Part shown: in pieces, positions 26,013-40,102 of the stretch
Layout of the letters: every line of letters starts with the position of its first letter
Position numbering within the stretch: position 1 is the stretch's first letter
Assembly (NCBI GenBank): GCA_052327205.1
Contig: CM126203.1
Span: 344,038,001-344,102,000, forward strand
Direction: 5' to 3'
From: Somniosus microcephalus
Lineage: Eukaryota
Length of the DNA: 64,000 bases
Notes under the pieces: generated by a model
The model's input: the letters and a program-made list of their open reading frames with translations, nothing else
Told to the model about the DNA's origin: nothing
Databases searched by the model: none
Made by a program: the position numbers and the translations under genes

Positions 26013-26154
26013 AGACCTTTCATCAGAACTAGAAAAAGTTATAGATGTAACTGGTGTTGTGCAAGTACAGAGGCAGGGAAAGGGGTGAGGGGAGGAACAA
26101 GGTAAAAGGGACAAACGGAAATCCCGTTTATTTAATTTACTAAGCTGTGTGCAT

Positions 26155-26422
26155 AGGACAGAGACGAGGAGGAATTTCTTCACCCAGAGAGTGGTGAACC
26201 TGTGGAATTCTCTACCACAGAAGGCAGTAGAGGCCAATTCATTAAAAATATACAAGAAGGAGTTGGATATATTTCTTGAGGCTAAAGGGATCAAGGGATA
26301 TGGAGAGAAGGCAGGAACAGGGTACTGAATTTGGATGATCAGCCATGATCTCATTGAATGGCGGAGCAGGCTCGAGGGGCCGAATGGCCTACTCCTGCTC
26401 CTATCTTCTATGTTTCTATGTT
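26155..26422 (+). mobile_element. CR1 3' end
   Basis: FFTQRVVNLWNSLP coding sequence followed by a ttctatgtttctatg tail. Confidence 0.85.
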
Positions 26423-28327
26423 CTGCAGGCTGAACACTTGTATGTTCTCCCAAGATAGAACACTGGTTATTTTGCAGATATAATTGGCAATAAGTTTATT
26501 TTTTAATAGAATTTGTATAATACTCCATTCGCTTCAACAAGCTCATCCTTTTTGCAGCCACCTATTTATTACAACTTTCAGTCCTTTCTCTCCTAATTTA
26601 GGTATTTAAATTTGTTCTAATTTGCAAAAAACAGTTATACTTTATTACCCTCAATTAGCATAAATAAAGTCAGGCTTTATATAAAAAAAAATATAGGCTT
26701 ATGCATCTTTGAAATCTTGTAAGTTCTTCCTCTTGCATTTATCCTTTACAACATAGGCCAAGTACAATTGGATTTTGACAACAGATTTTAAGAATAGTTT
26801 GATTTTCTAAGATTATTTAGATTCGTTTGAGACTTCAGTTGTTCTGTTTTCCCCATGTGTAGATAGGAGCTAAAGATACCTGCCTCTGGGTTTGTGCCTG
26901 CAATTTTCCACATATCTGGTTTCCCATCTTGGCTTGCCATAGGTGGGTAGGAGAAGTGCTGAATGAAGATGAGGTGCTGTCGCAATGGGAAACTGGCAAA
27001 GACTCGATAATAGGTCATTTGCCAGCTTTCTTGACTGAGAAACGATGCATAATACAGCATGATAGTAACACCTAAAAGCATCCTGCAAGTGTGCACTTTA
27101 ATGGTGTTGTTCCATTTCACGTTTCGTGTCTGTGCCGTTCAGTCTTGTGCACTGTATTGTTGCGATACATGCAGTGTAATGCTGGCTATTTTAATAATAC
27201 AAAAGAAACAGTACTGTAACCAGCTCAGCTGGAAGATATGGTTTTGCATTGTCTGCAGTGGAAATCAGTTGCAGTATGGCTACACTTGCCATGAGATTTC
27301 ATGGAAGTCATCCACAGTACATTGTACAGAGCATATTAATGTCAACTGTGTGTTTCTGCGTGTTACAGTAGATGCACAGCACTCCCAAGCCTTCTATCTT
27401 TAAGCGCCTTCTAAGTTAGTTAGAATAGACAGTGAAACTCCAAATTGTACATCTGCATCATATCAAAAGCTGGTGAAGCGTACTGGCCATCACTGCAGCT
27501 TATAACATCTCTTGGGTAAAAGTACAGTTTTCAGTTGCTCAAAGGTTAAATCCAGCGGGTGTTCGAGGTTCTTTTGACTGCACTCCACATAAACTCCCTA
27601 TCTGTTACACCTCAACAAGCTTCACTCCTAAAATGTTTATTAAGAGGAAACACTTACAATACTTTTTTAAAATCTTTTTTATTTGATATGTGGGGTATGT
27701 ATTCCATTTCAAAGTGCTACATCAACCTCTTGTGAAAAATTTCATTTTTAAAAGTGTCCACATTTACCTGCAATACATATTGTGCCTGTAGCTAGTGCTG
27801 TAATAAATATTTTCAATGTTAAAGTTGTCATGGCATCCTTGTCACATAACGTTTGGTTAATAGCTCCTATTAGTGAAATTATAGTGAGTATAATGGGTTA
27901 AAAAATTTCTCTCTGCGTATGCATGTAGTTTTTAATATTAAAAAAAAAGTTTCCAGTTGTCCTTTCTCGCCATATTGATTTTCAGCTTTTTGAGGCCAGT
28001 AAGCTACATTTAAATCCTTTTTTCTACTTCATCCACACTTGAAATGAAGGTATATTTTCATCAGTGGAGTCACAATCTTGCATGTTTTGAATTTGCATGT
28101 ACACCAACTAACAATGAATCTTTGAAAGAATATTTTTGTTTTTTGTAATATTCTATGTGCTGATATTAGGCAGTAAGTTTATACACTTCAAATTCTCTAG
28201 TTATTTGAGTGCTAAAACTACAAAACTGTGAAGTTTTACTGAGGAACAGTATGTTTTGTTCTTAAATTAAATTAATGCTTAAACAAAAACCCTGGCCCTG
28301 GAGGGGAGGCCGAAAATGACCAAAGAT

Positions 28328-29026
28328 CCTGGCATCGTGGGCGGGGAGAGATTGGGCATCACGGACAGGGTGGTGGGGGGAGGGGAGGATCGGACATTGC
28401 GGATAGAGAAGAGATCAGACGTCACGGGGGTTGGGGCGGGGGGGGGGGGGGGAAGGTGGAGGAGAGATTAGACATGGGCGGGGTGTCAGATATCGCAGGC
28501 ACGATGATTGGACATCGTGGCGGGGGGAGGTCGGACATCCCTGGGGGATGGTGGAGGAGAGATTGGACATCGTGGGCAGAGTGTCAGACATCAAGGGCAG
28601 GCAGGATGATTGGACATCGCAGCAGTGGGATGGGGACAAGATTGGACATCGCAGGCGGGGGTGATGGGGATCTGACATGGGGGGAGGGGATCTGACATCG
28701 CAGGGGGATGAGGATCTGACATCGCGGGCAGGGGGGCATTGAAATCGCAGGGGGATGAGGATCTGACATCGCGGGCCGGGGGGGATCTGACATCGCGGGG
28801 GGAGGGGGATCTGACATCGCGCGGTGGGGGGGGGGGGAATCTGACATCGCGCGGGGGGGGGATCTGGCATTTTGCGGGGTGGGGGGGTCGGACATCGCGT
28901 GGGGGGGGGGAAATCTGGCATCTCGCGGGGGGATCGGACATCGCGGGCGGGGGGGGCGATCGGATATCACAGGTGGGGAAGGGGGATTGGACATCGCGTG
29001 CGGGGGTGGGGTGTCTGACATCGCGG
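28328..29026. repeat. G-rich minisatellite with core gga(tc/tt)(t/g)gacatcgc plus a G-run, about 25-27 units
   Basis: Recurring GACATCGC cores about every 22-30 nt, separated by poly-G tracts. Confidence 0.9.
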
Positions 29027-32000
29027 TTTGTGTGGGGGAGAGAGGTCATCAAGCTTTGGGGCAGAAGGAGGTCGGCGATCTGAAAGGGGAGAGCGAGGCT
29101 GTGGGAGACCGAAGCTTTCTTGAGGGGCCGGTGGAGTTTTCCTGGCCCACAAGAAGTGCTGTAAAAGGCACTTGCTTTGTGGAGCTGGCAGCTCCCACCT
29201 CCCTTTTACTGCCAAGTTTCCCGACTCAGTGCATTTTAAATCGTACTCCAAATTGCACTGTGGGAGCCAGATTCTAATATGTTAATTTAAGTGGCCGCCT
29301 TTCCACAGCAAAACACTCTGATATCTGCCGCTGTAAAAAAGATGCTGAGCACGGTGGGTTGGGAGCACGTTTCCCACATTTAAGTCTTTAATCCTTTCCC
29401 CCCCAACCCTCCTTCACCTCGGTATGGGATGTTGGGAGTTTAATATCGAGGCCCCTGTTTTTTTTCCTACCAATTTTCTTCTCCTCATTCTTCTGGGGTT
29501 TGGTGTCATAGACACTGACACTTTCTGGTAGCAGGAAGTTTGTGCTGTAAATGTAAATGCAAACCTACCTGGGTGTGAATATATTACATCAATGTCATCT
29601 AGGCTATATTTTGTCCAAAATTAAAAAGTTACAAAAATAATAAACATGTTTTTATTTCCATCAGTATTTATTCAAAATATATTCACTGGCTTGCTCCCTT
29701 TCTTTCCCCATGACTCCGGAAGATAATGGTTGAATGTGAATTTTTATACAACTTTTTACATTTCAGTAGCTTAATGGATGCTGCATTTTATGGTGAATTC
29801 TGTCATTTTTTATTCTTAGCACAAAGATGACAGATGGAATATGTTTGTTTCTGAATTTCCTTAGTGCTTATTGTATATATTCCTCCTACGTATTTACTGT
29901 AACTGCTATTGTATCGCTGAAGCTGGCAGATAACTGGTAAAGTGCCAACGGCATTCAGAAGAATTAGCATGTTTAATTTTATTTATGCAAACATTCCTTT
30001 CCTCTCAAGTCCTTGAACGTGCTGTCGCCTAGTAAACCTGTGCCCATCTTTCCCACAACTCCATGTTTGAATCTCCAATCAGAGAACATTGCTCTGCGCT
30101 CCTCCTACTGGCCTTATGCATCCCCCACTTCTTTCACCCCACAGTTGGTAGCCGTGCATTCAGCCATCTCGGCCCTAATTACTGATCCGGTCATGGTAAA
30201 TGCTGCCACCTTCTCCATAGATGTAAGATTAAAGCACCCCCATCATGTGACTGTGGAGCTCCAAATCCGAGCCTGGAGCACATCATTGAGCACTGCCCTC
30301 AGAGGAAATTTGCAGGCAGCCTACAAGCTATCCATACTGTTATACCAGAAGCTTTGGCCTGGATATCTGACTTAGATATTGACATTTGATTTGCTTTGCT
30401 ACTACCATATGAAAGAAGAAGTAATTGTTCTGACATTTCCACCCCAAAACCTCCACTTCTCCGATTTAAAACGCTCCTGAAAACCTACCCCTTTGACCAA
30501 GACTTTAGTCACCCGTCCTAATGTCCCCTTCTTTGGCTCGGTGTCAGTCTTTGTCTGATTACACTCCTGTGAAGCACCTTGGGACGTTTTACTATGTTAA
30601 AGGCGCTATATAAATGCTTGTTATTGTAAATAGAACGAAGGATGGTCTAGAGACTTTGTAAGTTTAATTTATTTCTCAAAGACCTAGATATCGAACTTCT
30701 ACTGTAAACTTAAAGGTTTTGTTTTGCCATTTTAATTTTGTTATTATGAAATCAGGGTTTGTTCTTGTACTATCTGTGTTTTAAACAACAGTATATTAAT
30801 TATACATGTCTGGCATCAATGTTGGTGAAATCTGTAACTGAGATCATTCACTTGGGAAACCTGTACTATTATGTTGTAACAAAGCTGATTGCTGTTTCAG
30901 ATAGACTTGCACAATAAATAGGAAAATACAAGGTCAGGAATATAATCTGACCAACCTTTCCAATCTGAAAGGAATACTCTTTAATTAATAATACCATGTT
31001 TGTAGTGTCTGTAATAGAATTATAACAACAGTGGTGTAACATTACTACAATATTATTTTCTAATTGTCAAAGCAGCTATCTCGGTCACCTGTAATTAAAC
31101 ACTCGCTGTGTGACTTTTGCGGATTTCCCCCAACAGACACCAATTGCCCTCATAGAACGCAATGCATTAAAAAAACTCAAAGAATTGTAAATTGAATCCA
31201 AAATTTAAATAGATTATCACACATTTTATCTTGTCTGTCATTGTGCAGCAGCAAGACTCCCGATGGCTATACTTCTGCAATTATTTATAGACCACACCAA
31301 ATGATGTCAGTGAGAGCTCCTGCATCTTCCATGAATTCTGTGTTATCACTATATTTAGAAAATTGTTCCTTAAAAGGCAAAGCACCTTTAAAATGCTACG
31401 CCTAGATGTTTGATTGTGCTGCGCTCATTGTACAGGGGCCGAGCGGGTGCCTAAGGGTCCAATATGCCGGGCAGCGTGCACGTGCTCATTCCACGCCATA
31501 TTGGTTAAGGCGCCCTGTAGTTACATATATAAATCAGGGGTCTAATGGCTGTTTCAGACCCCTTTGTGAAATTGGTTTGTGACTGAGGTCAGTTTTCTCC
31601 AGCACACACCAGCCAAACCAGCGGTCCTTGAAGGGAGCACTGGAAGCTGCTGCTCAAAAGGTAAGTTTCAAGTTTCTTGCTCCTCCCGGTTCCACATTAA
31701 AACAGGCCACCGCTCACTCCCATCCCCCACCCCGCCTCACACTTGTTAACTCACCTCGTCATTTAAAAAACAATTAATACTTTTTTTAACATCTTCTGTA
31801 TTCGAATGCTGAGCGTTATGAAATGCACTTAGAACTTGTTAAAATACACAATCCCTTTAATGCGCTATAGTATTTTTAAAGCGTACAAATTGCACAGTGC
31901 TTTTCCCTTTGTGAGTAGATAAATGTATGAGGGTGCTATATTCAATGTCAAATGCTTTTATAATGTCTTTCATTCACGCAAAGTGCTAGGGAGGGTTTTG

Positions 32001-35000
32001 ACATTTTCAGATTACTCTGGTAAATGTAAAAGACTATACGCATCAGTTTTATTTTTGAAAAAACTGAACTAGACAATTCATTTTTAAAATATTTTCGTGC
32101 GAGATGACAATCTTTCAAAATTATTGTTTTGCATAGTCTTGATTTAAAATGCAGCGACTTACAAGATTCCTTAGCAAGGAAATTTCAAACATTTTTTGAC
32201 TGATTAAATTGCTTTTTTACCCTTGCTAATGCTGCCCCATTAGAGATAATGGGCCCGATAGTTACGGGGAGGTTGGGAGGGAGTGCGGTAGCGTGAGGAA
32301 AACCCCTCGCGGCCGGGATGGTGGAGGTTATGCCTAATTTAACGGCAGGACCTCATTATAATTTTTTTCTTCTGTTTCCCGCCTGGCAGCCAGACAATTG
32401 ATAAATTGGCCAACTGCTGGACGGGAAAACCAGCAGCCGGAGGCCGCAGCAAGGGACCTTTTGTGGACGGTCCCCAGCAATGAGGAGGGGGAAGGAGCTA
32501 GAGATCAGGGCTCAGTGGGGGGACGGGAAGAGAGGCATCACAGGGGGAAGGGAGCGAGAGATTGGGATTGGATAGGAGGAGGGAGCGAGAGAGATTGGGG
32601 TGGAGGGAGAGGGCATTGAGGGAGGAAGCGAGAGATCATGTTTGGAGGGGGTGGAAGAGATCGGGATTAGACTGGGAGGAGAGAGGTCACCGTGGAAGGG
32701 AGGGAGCGGGGCAGGGGAGGTCGGCAGGAGAGGCCACAATCGGTTGCGGGGAGGCCAGAAGCTTCCTTGAGGGACTGGGTGGAGCACTGCTGCTCCTCCT
32801 GGCCCACAAGGAGTGCTGTAAGAGGCACTTATCTTGAGCCAGCAGCTCCTGCTTTCCTTTTACTGCCAGGTTTCCCAAGCCCTGAGAAACCCGCACAGCA
32901 ACTGTTAAATTTAAATCAGGCTCCCAATTGCACTGTGCGAGCCGGATTAAATGTTAACGAAGTGTCCCATCTCTCGATGGCGGGACACTCGCATGCCGTA
33001 AAACTCACCGCCGTAAAAATGGCAGCACCTCATTAGAAGAATACTCTCACCATTGAAAGAATGCTTCTGTCATCTGTACTTCACCTGCCATCTATTCCAT
33101 CAGCATGGGTGCCATTTATACTGTCTCCCCTTGATCCTCAGAATCGGACCACGATGAGCCCCAACACCAGCAGCACCAACAACACCAACCTTCTCAGCAA
33201 TCACTTGATGCTGCACAGGACACAGGGCATCAGCACCCGAGCACATTGCTGCCCGTTGGCCAGGGATGTCCTCATCATGGCCAGATTTAGTTACCTTTAT
33301 GCTGCACCCCCATATGGCTGCCACATAATACGCCAGGTTGGCACCACCCCACCAACACCATAAAGCATCCCTACAATGCCCAAGCCATTCCTTTCACACT
33401 CCTCACCATTGCGGGGGTACCGTTATGTCTCACCGTTCACTGCAACTCTCTAAGCCACTTCCAAAGGTGCACACACATCTGTCCAAGACCGGAAACATAG
33501 AAGATAGGAGCAGGAGTAGGCCATTCGGCCCCTTGAGCCTGCTCCGCCATTCAATGAGATCATGGCTGATCATCCAAACTCAGTACCCTGTCCCTGCCTT
33601 CTCCCCATATCCCTTGATCCCTTTAGCCTTAAGTGTTGAAAATAAAGATTTTAATGTCTGACACCACATTAACAGAAACTTTACATAAACATTGGATAAA
33701 GCACCCCAGTGGCTACCCTTGTGTGTTAGTTGGTATGATTGCATTAGGATGAGGGTGAGGGGTGGCTAGTTAGATGGGGATATGATAATATAGATAGAGA
33801 GGGATGGGTGGAGGTGCAAGGTACGTTGGTGTGAGTAAGGATGTGCAGGAGTAGGGTTGGGAAGGCAGAGTGGTGGAGATGTGATGAGAGGCACAGCAGG
33901 ATGCAGTTGAGTGTGGCTTTGTACTTGCGTTTCCTGATCTAATGAGATCAGTGCAACGTTTGTGGCACTCCACCTAGGTCCTCCTGACCACATCCCTGCT
34001 TGTGCCCTAATCTGCAATCAGGCTGTCTTGGTCTCCTGGGGAGGCCTCTTCCACCCATCAGAAGGGAAGAGGACTTCCCTGCGTGCTCTGAGTCCCTCCA
34101 AAAGCATATGGAGGGAGTCATCAGAGAACCTGGGTGCAGCCCTTTGCCTCTGTGCAGTCATTGTCACTGTTTGCAGCACTCCAATGCTGTACGGTTCTGA
34201 CAGTACTATGTTAGATTAAACGTCAAATCTAATGCGGCCATGGTCCCTTTAAAGATCCCGGCTGAAAATGCGTCATGAATGACGTCACCAGACCCGCTCC
34301 ATCTCATTGGGCCGGGTAACGTGCTGGGCGGGCCCATTTTAAGGCAAGTTCATTTTCAACAGCGGGATGGAGCCAGCAGAGGGGTCGCGACCTGTCACGG
34401 ACACTGCCCGCACCGGACCCGCCCAGGTAGGCTTTCTTTACTGAATTTGAACCTAAGATCTCAGTTCCCATATCACTTATGCTGACTGTTGGTGATTTTG
34501 ATTTGGGGTAAATGCAGCTTAAATTGGCACAGTATGGCTTTCTGCTAATTGAGTCTGAATTAAGCAGCTAGCTATTTGGTGACACACGGTAGTTGTGTAA
34601 TTTAATATATCAGATCACTTGGGGATTTTGTCGAGTGTTAATTTTAAAAATGAGTTATGGGTTTACATTATAAAACAAATGGCAGCTGTTTAAAGGATCT
34701 TGAAATGATCGATGTGCTCTGCACTAGACAACTGCAGTTTGGAAACTGATGGTGAGACTGGAGTGAGTTATCATTTGGCTGGAGACCAAGTGGATTGCTT
34801 TGGAGCCTGCTTATAGTTATATGGTGCATATGATGGGGACTGATTGATCTTTTAGAAGAATTGCCAATGTCAAGCTACCTTTACTTGTCACCCATCTATT
34901 GTGTCCTTTGGAGTATCTATCTGATTTGGAGAACATATTCAGAAAGGAGTTGTACGCTTTAAGAATATTGATGAGTGAGTTGTGATGAATCGAGGAAAAG

Positions 35001-36499
35001 CTCCTCCCTCTCACTGTACTCGATAACTTAAGATTTTTGATATTTGAGCTGGGGTTTTGGAAGTTCAACTGTTCAGTAGTCTGAGTCTCAAAAGGATTGA
35101 CTTTCTGTCGGAGTGCTGTCAGCGATTATCACTTGCACTTACCCTTGGTGGTTAGTTGTGCTTTCTTTAAATAAAATTACTTAGAAAAATTTATTCCATT
35201 CACATTTCATTATCAAGCTTTCCAAGATATTAAAAGAATTAAAAACTTGCACCTTTTGCATCTTCAGGTCATCTCAAAGCACTTTACGGCTAATAAATAA
35301 CTTTCTAAAAGTGTGGTCACTATTGTTTTGTGGGAAAGTGCAGCAACCAATTTGTACACAGCAAGGTCCTACAAACAGCAAGATAAATTACCAGGTAATG
35401 AGTTTTGCTGGTGTAGGTTGAGGGATTAATATTGGCTAGAACACAACAACAACTTGTATTTATATAGCGCCTTTAACATAGTAAAACATCCCAAGGCGCT
35501 TCACAGGAGTATTCTAAGAGGAAAACATTTTGACACCGAACCACATAAGGAGAAACTAGGACAGGTGACCAAAACCAAAGAAGTAGGTTTTAAGGAGCGT
35601 CTTAAAGAAAGAAAGATCGACATTGAAACGGCACCTTTCACGACCACCGGACGTCTCAGCGCTTTACAGCCAATTAAGTACTTTTTTTTGGAGGAAAGAG
35701 AGGTAGCGAGGCGAAGTTTAGGCAGGGAATTTGAGCTTCAGGCCAAGGCAACAGAAGGCACGGCCACCAATGGTTGGGTGTGGGGGGGGCGGTGGTGCGG
35801 GGTGGGTTGTGGGGCTGAAGAAAGATAGGGAGGGGCGAGGCCATGGAGGGATTTGAAAATAAGGATGAGAATTTTGAAATCAAGGCGCTGCTTAACCGGG
35901 AGCCAATGTAGGTCAGTGAGCACAGGGATGATGGGTGAACGGGAGAACTCCTCTACGTGTCTTTGAACAGTGTCCACCTGAACATGAAGGCAGGGCCTTG
36001 GTTTAATGTCTAATCCCTCAGAACTGCACTGAAACGTTTGACACTAAGGGGATCAAGGGATACGGGGATAGGGCAAGGAAGTGGAGTTGAGGTAGAAGAT
36101 CAGCCATGATCTTATTGAATGGTGGAGCAGACTCGGAGCCATATGGCCTACTCCTGCTCCGATTTCTTATGTTCTTACGTTAGTCTGGATTATATGCTCA
36201 AGACCTGGAGTGTGATTTGAACCGACAGCCTTTTTACCCAAAGGCATGCGTTAACACGGAGCCAAGCTGACACTTGGGCAAATGTAGGCAAGCCGACAGT
36301 TGGTCAAAATTGCCATTGTTTGCTTTGACCTTATGGAATCTCAGGAGACCAAGTCTAACTGAAAAAAAATGATTATCAGATATCTTATTCCATCTTCAAC
36401 TCCAGAGTTGGAGGGGGTGGCGGGGGGGGGGGGGGGTGATGAGAATGCTTGCTTTGGCTTGCCAAGGGACCACAGTGGAAATGTTGCACTGGCATTATA

Positions 36500-36822
36500 C
36501 AGGAAACTTTGTGCTATCCGGAGGTGAGCTATCCGGCAATCTGGAGCCACCGGCAAAAATTAGCAGCCTTTTTTATTCTTTTTGTTTTTTTTTGCTTTGT
36601 TTGAACAGTCAAGAAGGTCTGTAGCTATAGCAACAGCTTCAGCTACAGAGCTTTAGGGCCACACCCGAGTGTTTAGAAGCTGTTGCTAAGCAACAGTGTT
36701 TGTTGTCAAATACGGAGATAAGAATCTTCGTATCTCTCAACATTAACTCTGGAGAGTACGGCACTTTTTCGGCAACGGCAGCAGCTCGGTCCCGTGGGCG
36801 CCGGATAGCACAAAGTTTCCTG
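36500..36822. mobile_element. Tc1/mariner-pogo (Tigger-like) MITE, copy 2
   Basis: Perfect 22-bp TIR caggaaactttgtgctatccgg / ccggatagcacaaagtttcctg with TA on both sides. Confidence 0.88.
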
Positions 36823-36864
36823 TAATAGTGATGCCCCCATGCTCTCGTAAAGCTCATATTATTC

Positions 36865-38275
36865 ATGAGACCCGCCTCCTGCTCCCTTGACTCCATTCCC
36901 ACTTCCCTTCCCAGCCCCATGCTAGCTGGCATTGTAATTGTTCCCTCTCAGCTACTGTCCCTTTCCATTTCAAAAAAAGTCATAATCCCCCCCCCCCCCA
37001 GCTCCCTTCAAATAAACCCACCCTTGACTACTCTTTCCTTGCAAACCACCGCCCCACCTGTAAACCTCCCTCGTGTTCATCTTTCCTGAAACTCCATGTT
37101 TGAACCTCTCCAGTCAGGTTTCTGCCCCTGCTATAGCACTGAAGCGATCCTAATCAAAGTCACAAATGACATTCTCTCTGACTGTTGCCATGGTGCCTTT
37201 CTCTCCTCATCCTGCTTGACCTCTGGAGCCTTTCAAATAATTGACCACTGATCCTGTCAACACCTGTTGTCCAGCTTATTGAGACTGCCATCATCCCATT
37301 CTTACCTATCAAATTGTAGCCAGAGTATCTCCAGCAAGGGCTTCTATTCCTGCTCCTACACTGTTACTCCTGGAGTCCCCCAAGGATATATCCTTAACCA
37401 ACTCCTTTACCTCATCTACATATTTCTCTTGACAACATCATTTGAAAACATGGGTCAGCTTCTACAAGTATGCCAAGGACACCCAGCTCTACCTGTCAAC
37501 CCTTGCACTGTTTCTGTGACATTAGACAGCTTGTCCAACATCCAGTGTTCGATGAGCTGCAGTTTCCTCCAGTTAAACATTGGGAAGTCAGAAGCCACAA
37601 ACTCCATACCCTCGCCACCATTTCCATCCCCCTCCCTTGCCACTGTCTCGGGTTGAACAAGACTGATTGATTGATTGTAAACTCCACACCCCATATTCTC
37701 CACATCAAAGACTGCCTAATTCCAGCCTTGTGACATCACCCATCTCCACCTCTGCTTCAGCTCATCTACTGCTGAAACCCTCATCCATGCCTTTGACATT
37801 GCCAGATACAACTATTCCAATGCCCTCCACACTGGACTCTCATCCTCCACGCTTTGTAAACTTCAGCTGATCCAAAAATCTGCTGCTCCTATCCCATACA
37901 AGTCCAGCTCACCCATCACGCCTATCCTTGATGACGTACATTGGCTCCCAGCTCCCACAACATCTCCAATTTAAAATTCTCATCCTCGTGTTTAAATCCC
38001 TTCATTGGCCATGCCCCTCCCTATCTCTAACTTCCTCCAGCCATACAATTGCCCCAAGACTTCATTACACCCACCCTTGATGGCTCTGTTTTCAGCTGCC
38101 TAGGTGTGACATTCTGGAATTCCTTCCCAAAATCCCTTTGCCCCTTCATCCCCCCTCTCCTACTTTAAGATGATTCTTTGGATCGCCATCCATTTTTGTC
38201 TAATTATGGCTCTGTGAAATGCCTTGGGACATTATTCTGTGTTAAAGGTGCTATATGCATGTAAGTTCTTGTTGA
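36865..38275 (+). mobile_element. Decayed L2 LINE
   Basis: CSLDSIPT, GVPQG and LQLNIGKSE motifs, ending in the L2 3' end aaaggtgctatat...gtaagtt. Confidence 0.8.
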
Positions 38276-39389
38276 AAGTTTAACACTAAATGTGATGGGT
38301 AAACCTTGATTTCCAGCTTATATGCACGCTGTGATGACTTCCTCTTTGTCAGTATTATCACTGAGCTTTATATATGTCCCAATGTGGTCTTTTTTTGTTC
38401 CTTTTGCATTGTGGCTGCATTTGCAATATTTAGTTACCCTTTATGGGCAAGGGAGGCAGTTACAGTATTGGATCACTTTTTATAAAATTGTTTGTGAGAT
38501 CTGAGTGGCCATGGCAAGGCCACACTTTTTGCCGTAAGACTACCTTCTCCTTCAACCAATGAAGTCCTTGCGATGGTGCTGATATTTCTCTGACCAGTAC
38601 CTGGGCGGTAAACTCTCCAGCTGAACTGTGAAATGCAAAACACTGTCCATTGCTGTAGACTATTTATTTTCAAACAAGTGACACTGGCAGGGAAACTGGT
38701 GAGGCAGATAATGTGGGAGGAGGGAAGGTTGTTACTGCAAGTGCAATGAATCTCTGGCTTCTCATAAAAAGGAAATTGAACAATTTAAAGGGGTATTAAG
38801 AAATTTAAACATAATCAATCCAAAGGCCATCGACCCTGTGTGTAACTCTTAGAAGAATCACAAATAATAATAGTATTCTTTTCATCCAAAACAAATGATG
38901 CCAGATGTGGTTTCTGACCTTGGGCAAACTGATGTCGGAAGGATCAGTGCTCCCTCCCACCTCCTTTGGAACTGCCCAGTTGTCAACTTTTTAAAAAAAA
39001 TGAAAAGCTCTGCATGTAAAACATTTCCGTAATCCAGCCTCATGTACTGTAGGTGACCTTTCTTTGGTATGTGGTATCTATTCCAGATTATAAAACTTGC
39101 TTGTAGAGGCATGCAGCAGTGTCCTTTTATTGCTTGAAATATGTGCTATAAGTAGCTTTTACCTAATGGCTAACAGAAATGATCCAGATGTGTTTCTTTG
39201 AGAAAGCAGTGCATAAATGCAACACTTAAAGGACAAGTATATTAAAGGGTGCACCCATTTTTCAAAGTCGGAAGCCCAACCTCTTAACAGCTTAGTATTT
39301 AGTCAGTGACAAACATTTACTAACAATTGAAAGTATACTAGTTAAAAGTACCGGCCTTTGGATCTCAAAATGTACTTTAACATTTTATT

Positions 39390-40102
39390 GGCCCAGAAAT
39401 TCGGGTCGGGAGCTTCCCGCGGGTGCAAGCCCCCGACCTGCACTTACCTAGCGCGCCGGCCGTTGAGCTGTGGGCCCGCGTGGGATTCCGATCCTGGGCC
39501 TCCTCCAACTGCCAGCGCGCAGTGCTTGCGTATCCCAGGGGCGCAGTTAGTTCGATGCGTCCCCTGGGATCACGTGGGCCATGGGGAGCCAAACCTATAA
39601 ATACTATAAGCCCCAAAAATCACTAAAACTTCAAAGAATTTTTTTTTTTAATCACATTTTTAAAATAAACTATAAATTACATGAAATAACTATTTTAAAC
39701 AATAATTTAAATTTTTGAAAAAATTAATTACATTTTCTAACAGGGCTAAAAATAAACTTACCTTGCTTTTAAAGTATTTAAAAATAATAAACCTGTGGAA
39801 AAAATGTTTTAATTTTAATTAATTCACCACTTACCTTGTAAAAAGCAGGCCTTGCGACTGCTTTTTACATGTCTAACTTCTGGAGACTTACCTTCCCGGG
39901 AAAACCTGCACAAAAAAACATAAGTTCGATGCGCACACGCTGCCTCTCCTGCGCATGCGTTCGACTTCTGAACACCTTTCAGGGGAACGGAAGTGCCGGT
40001 TTCCCGCGCATGCGCAGTGCGTGCACGAAACCGGCACTTCCATTGGGCTTACGGGTGAGTACCCCATGTGTACTCATCCGTGGAGACCCTAATTTCTGGG
40101 CC
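39390..40102. mobile_element. Non-autonomous DNA transposon (MITE) with 18-bp TIR and 3-bp ATT TSD, PIF/Harbinger-like
   Basis: att|ggcccagaaattcgggtc ... gaccctaatttctgggcc|att. Confidence 0.8.

Noticed and set aside
28328-29026. CRISPR-like repeat-spacer appearance and the Pro/Gly/Arg-rich ORFs across it
   Set aside because: The cores are short and degenerate, the spacers are low-complexity G-runs, there are no cas genes and the context is vertebrate. The ORFs arise from the lack of stop codons in the repeat.
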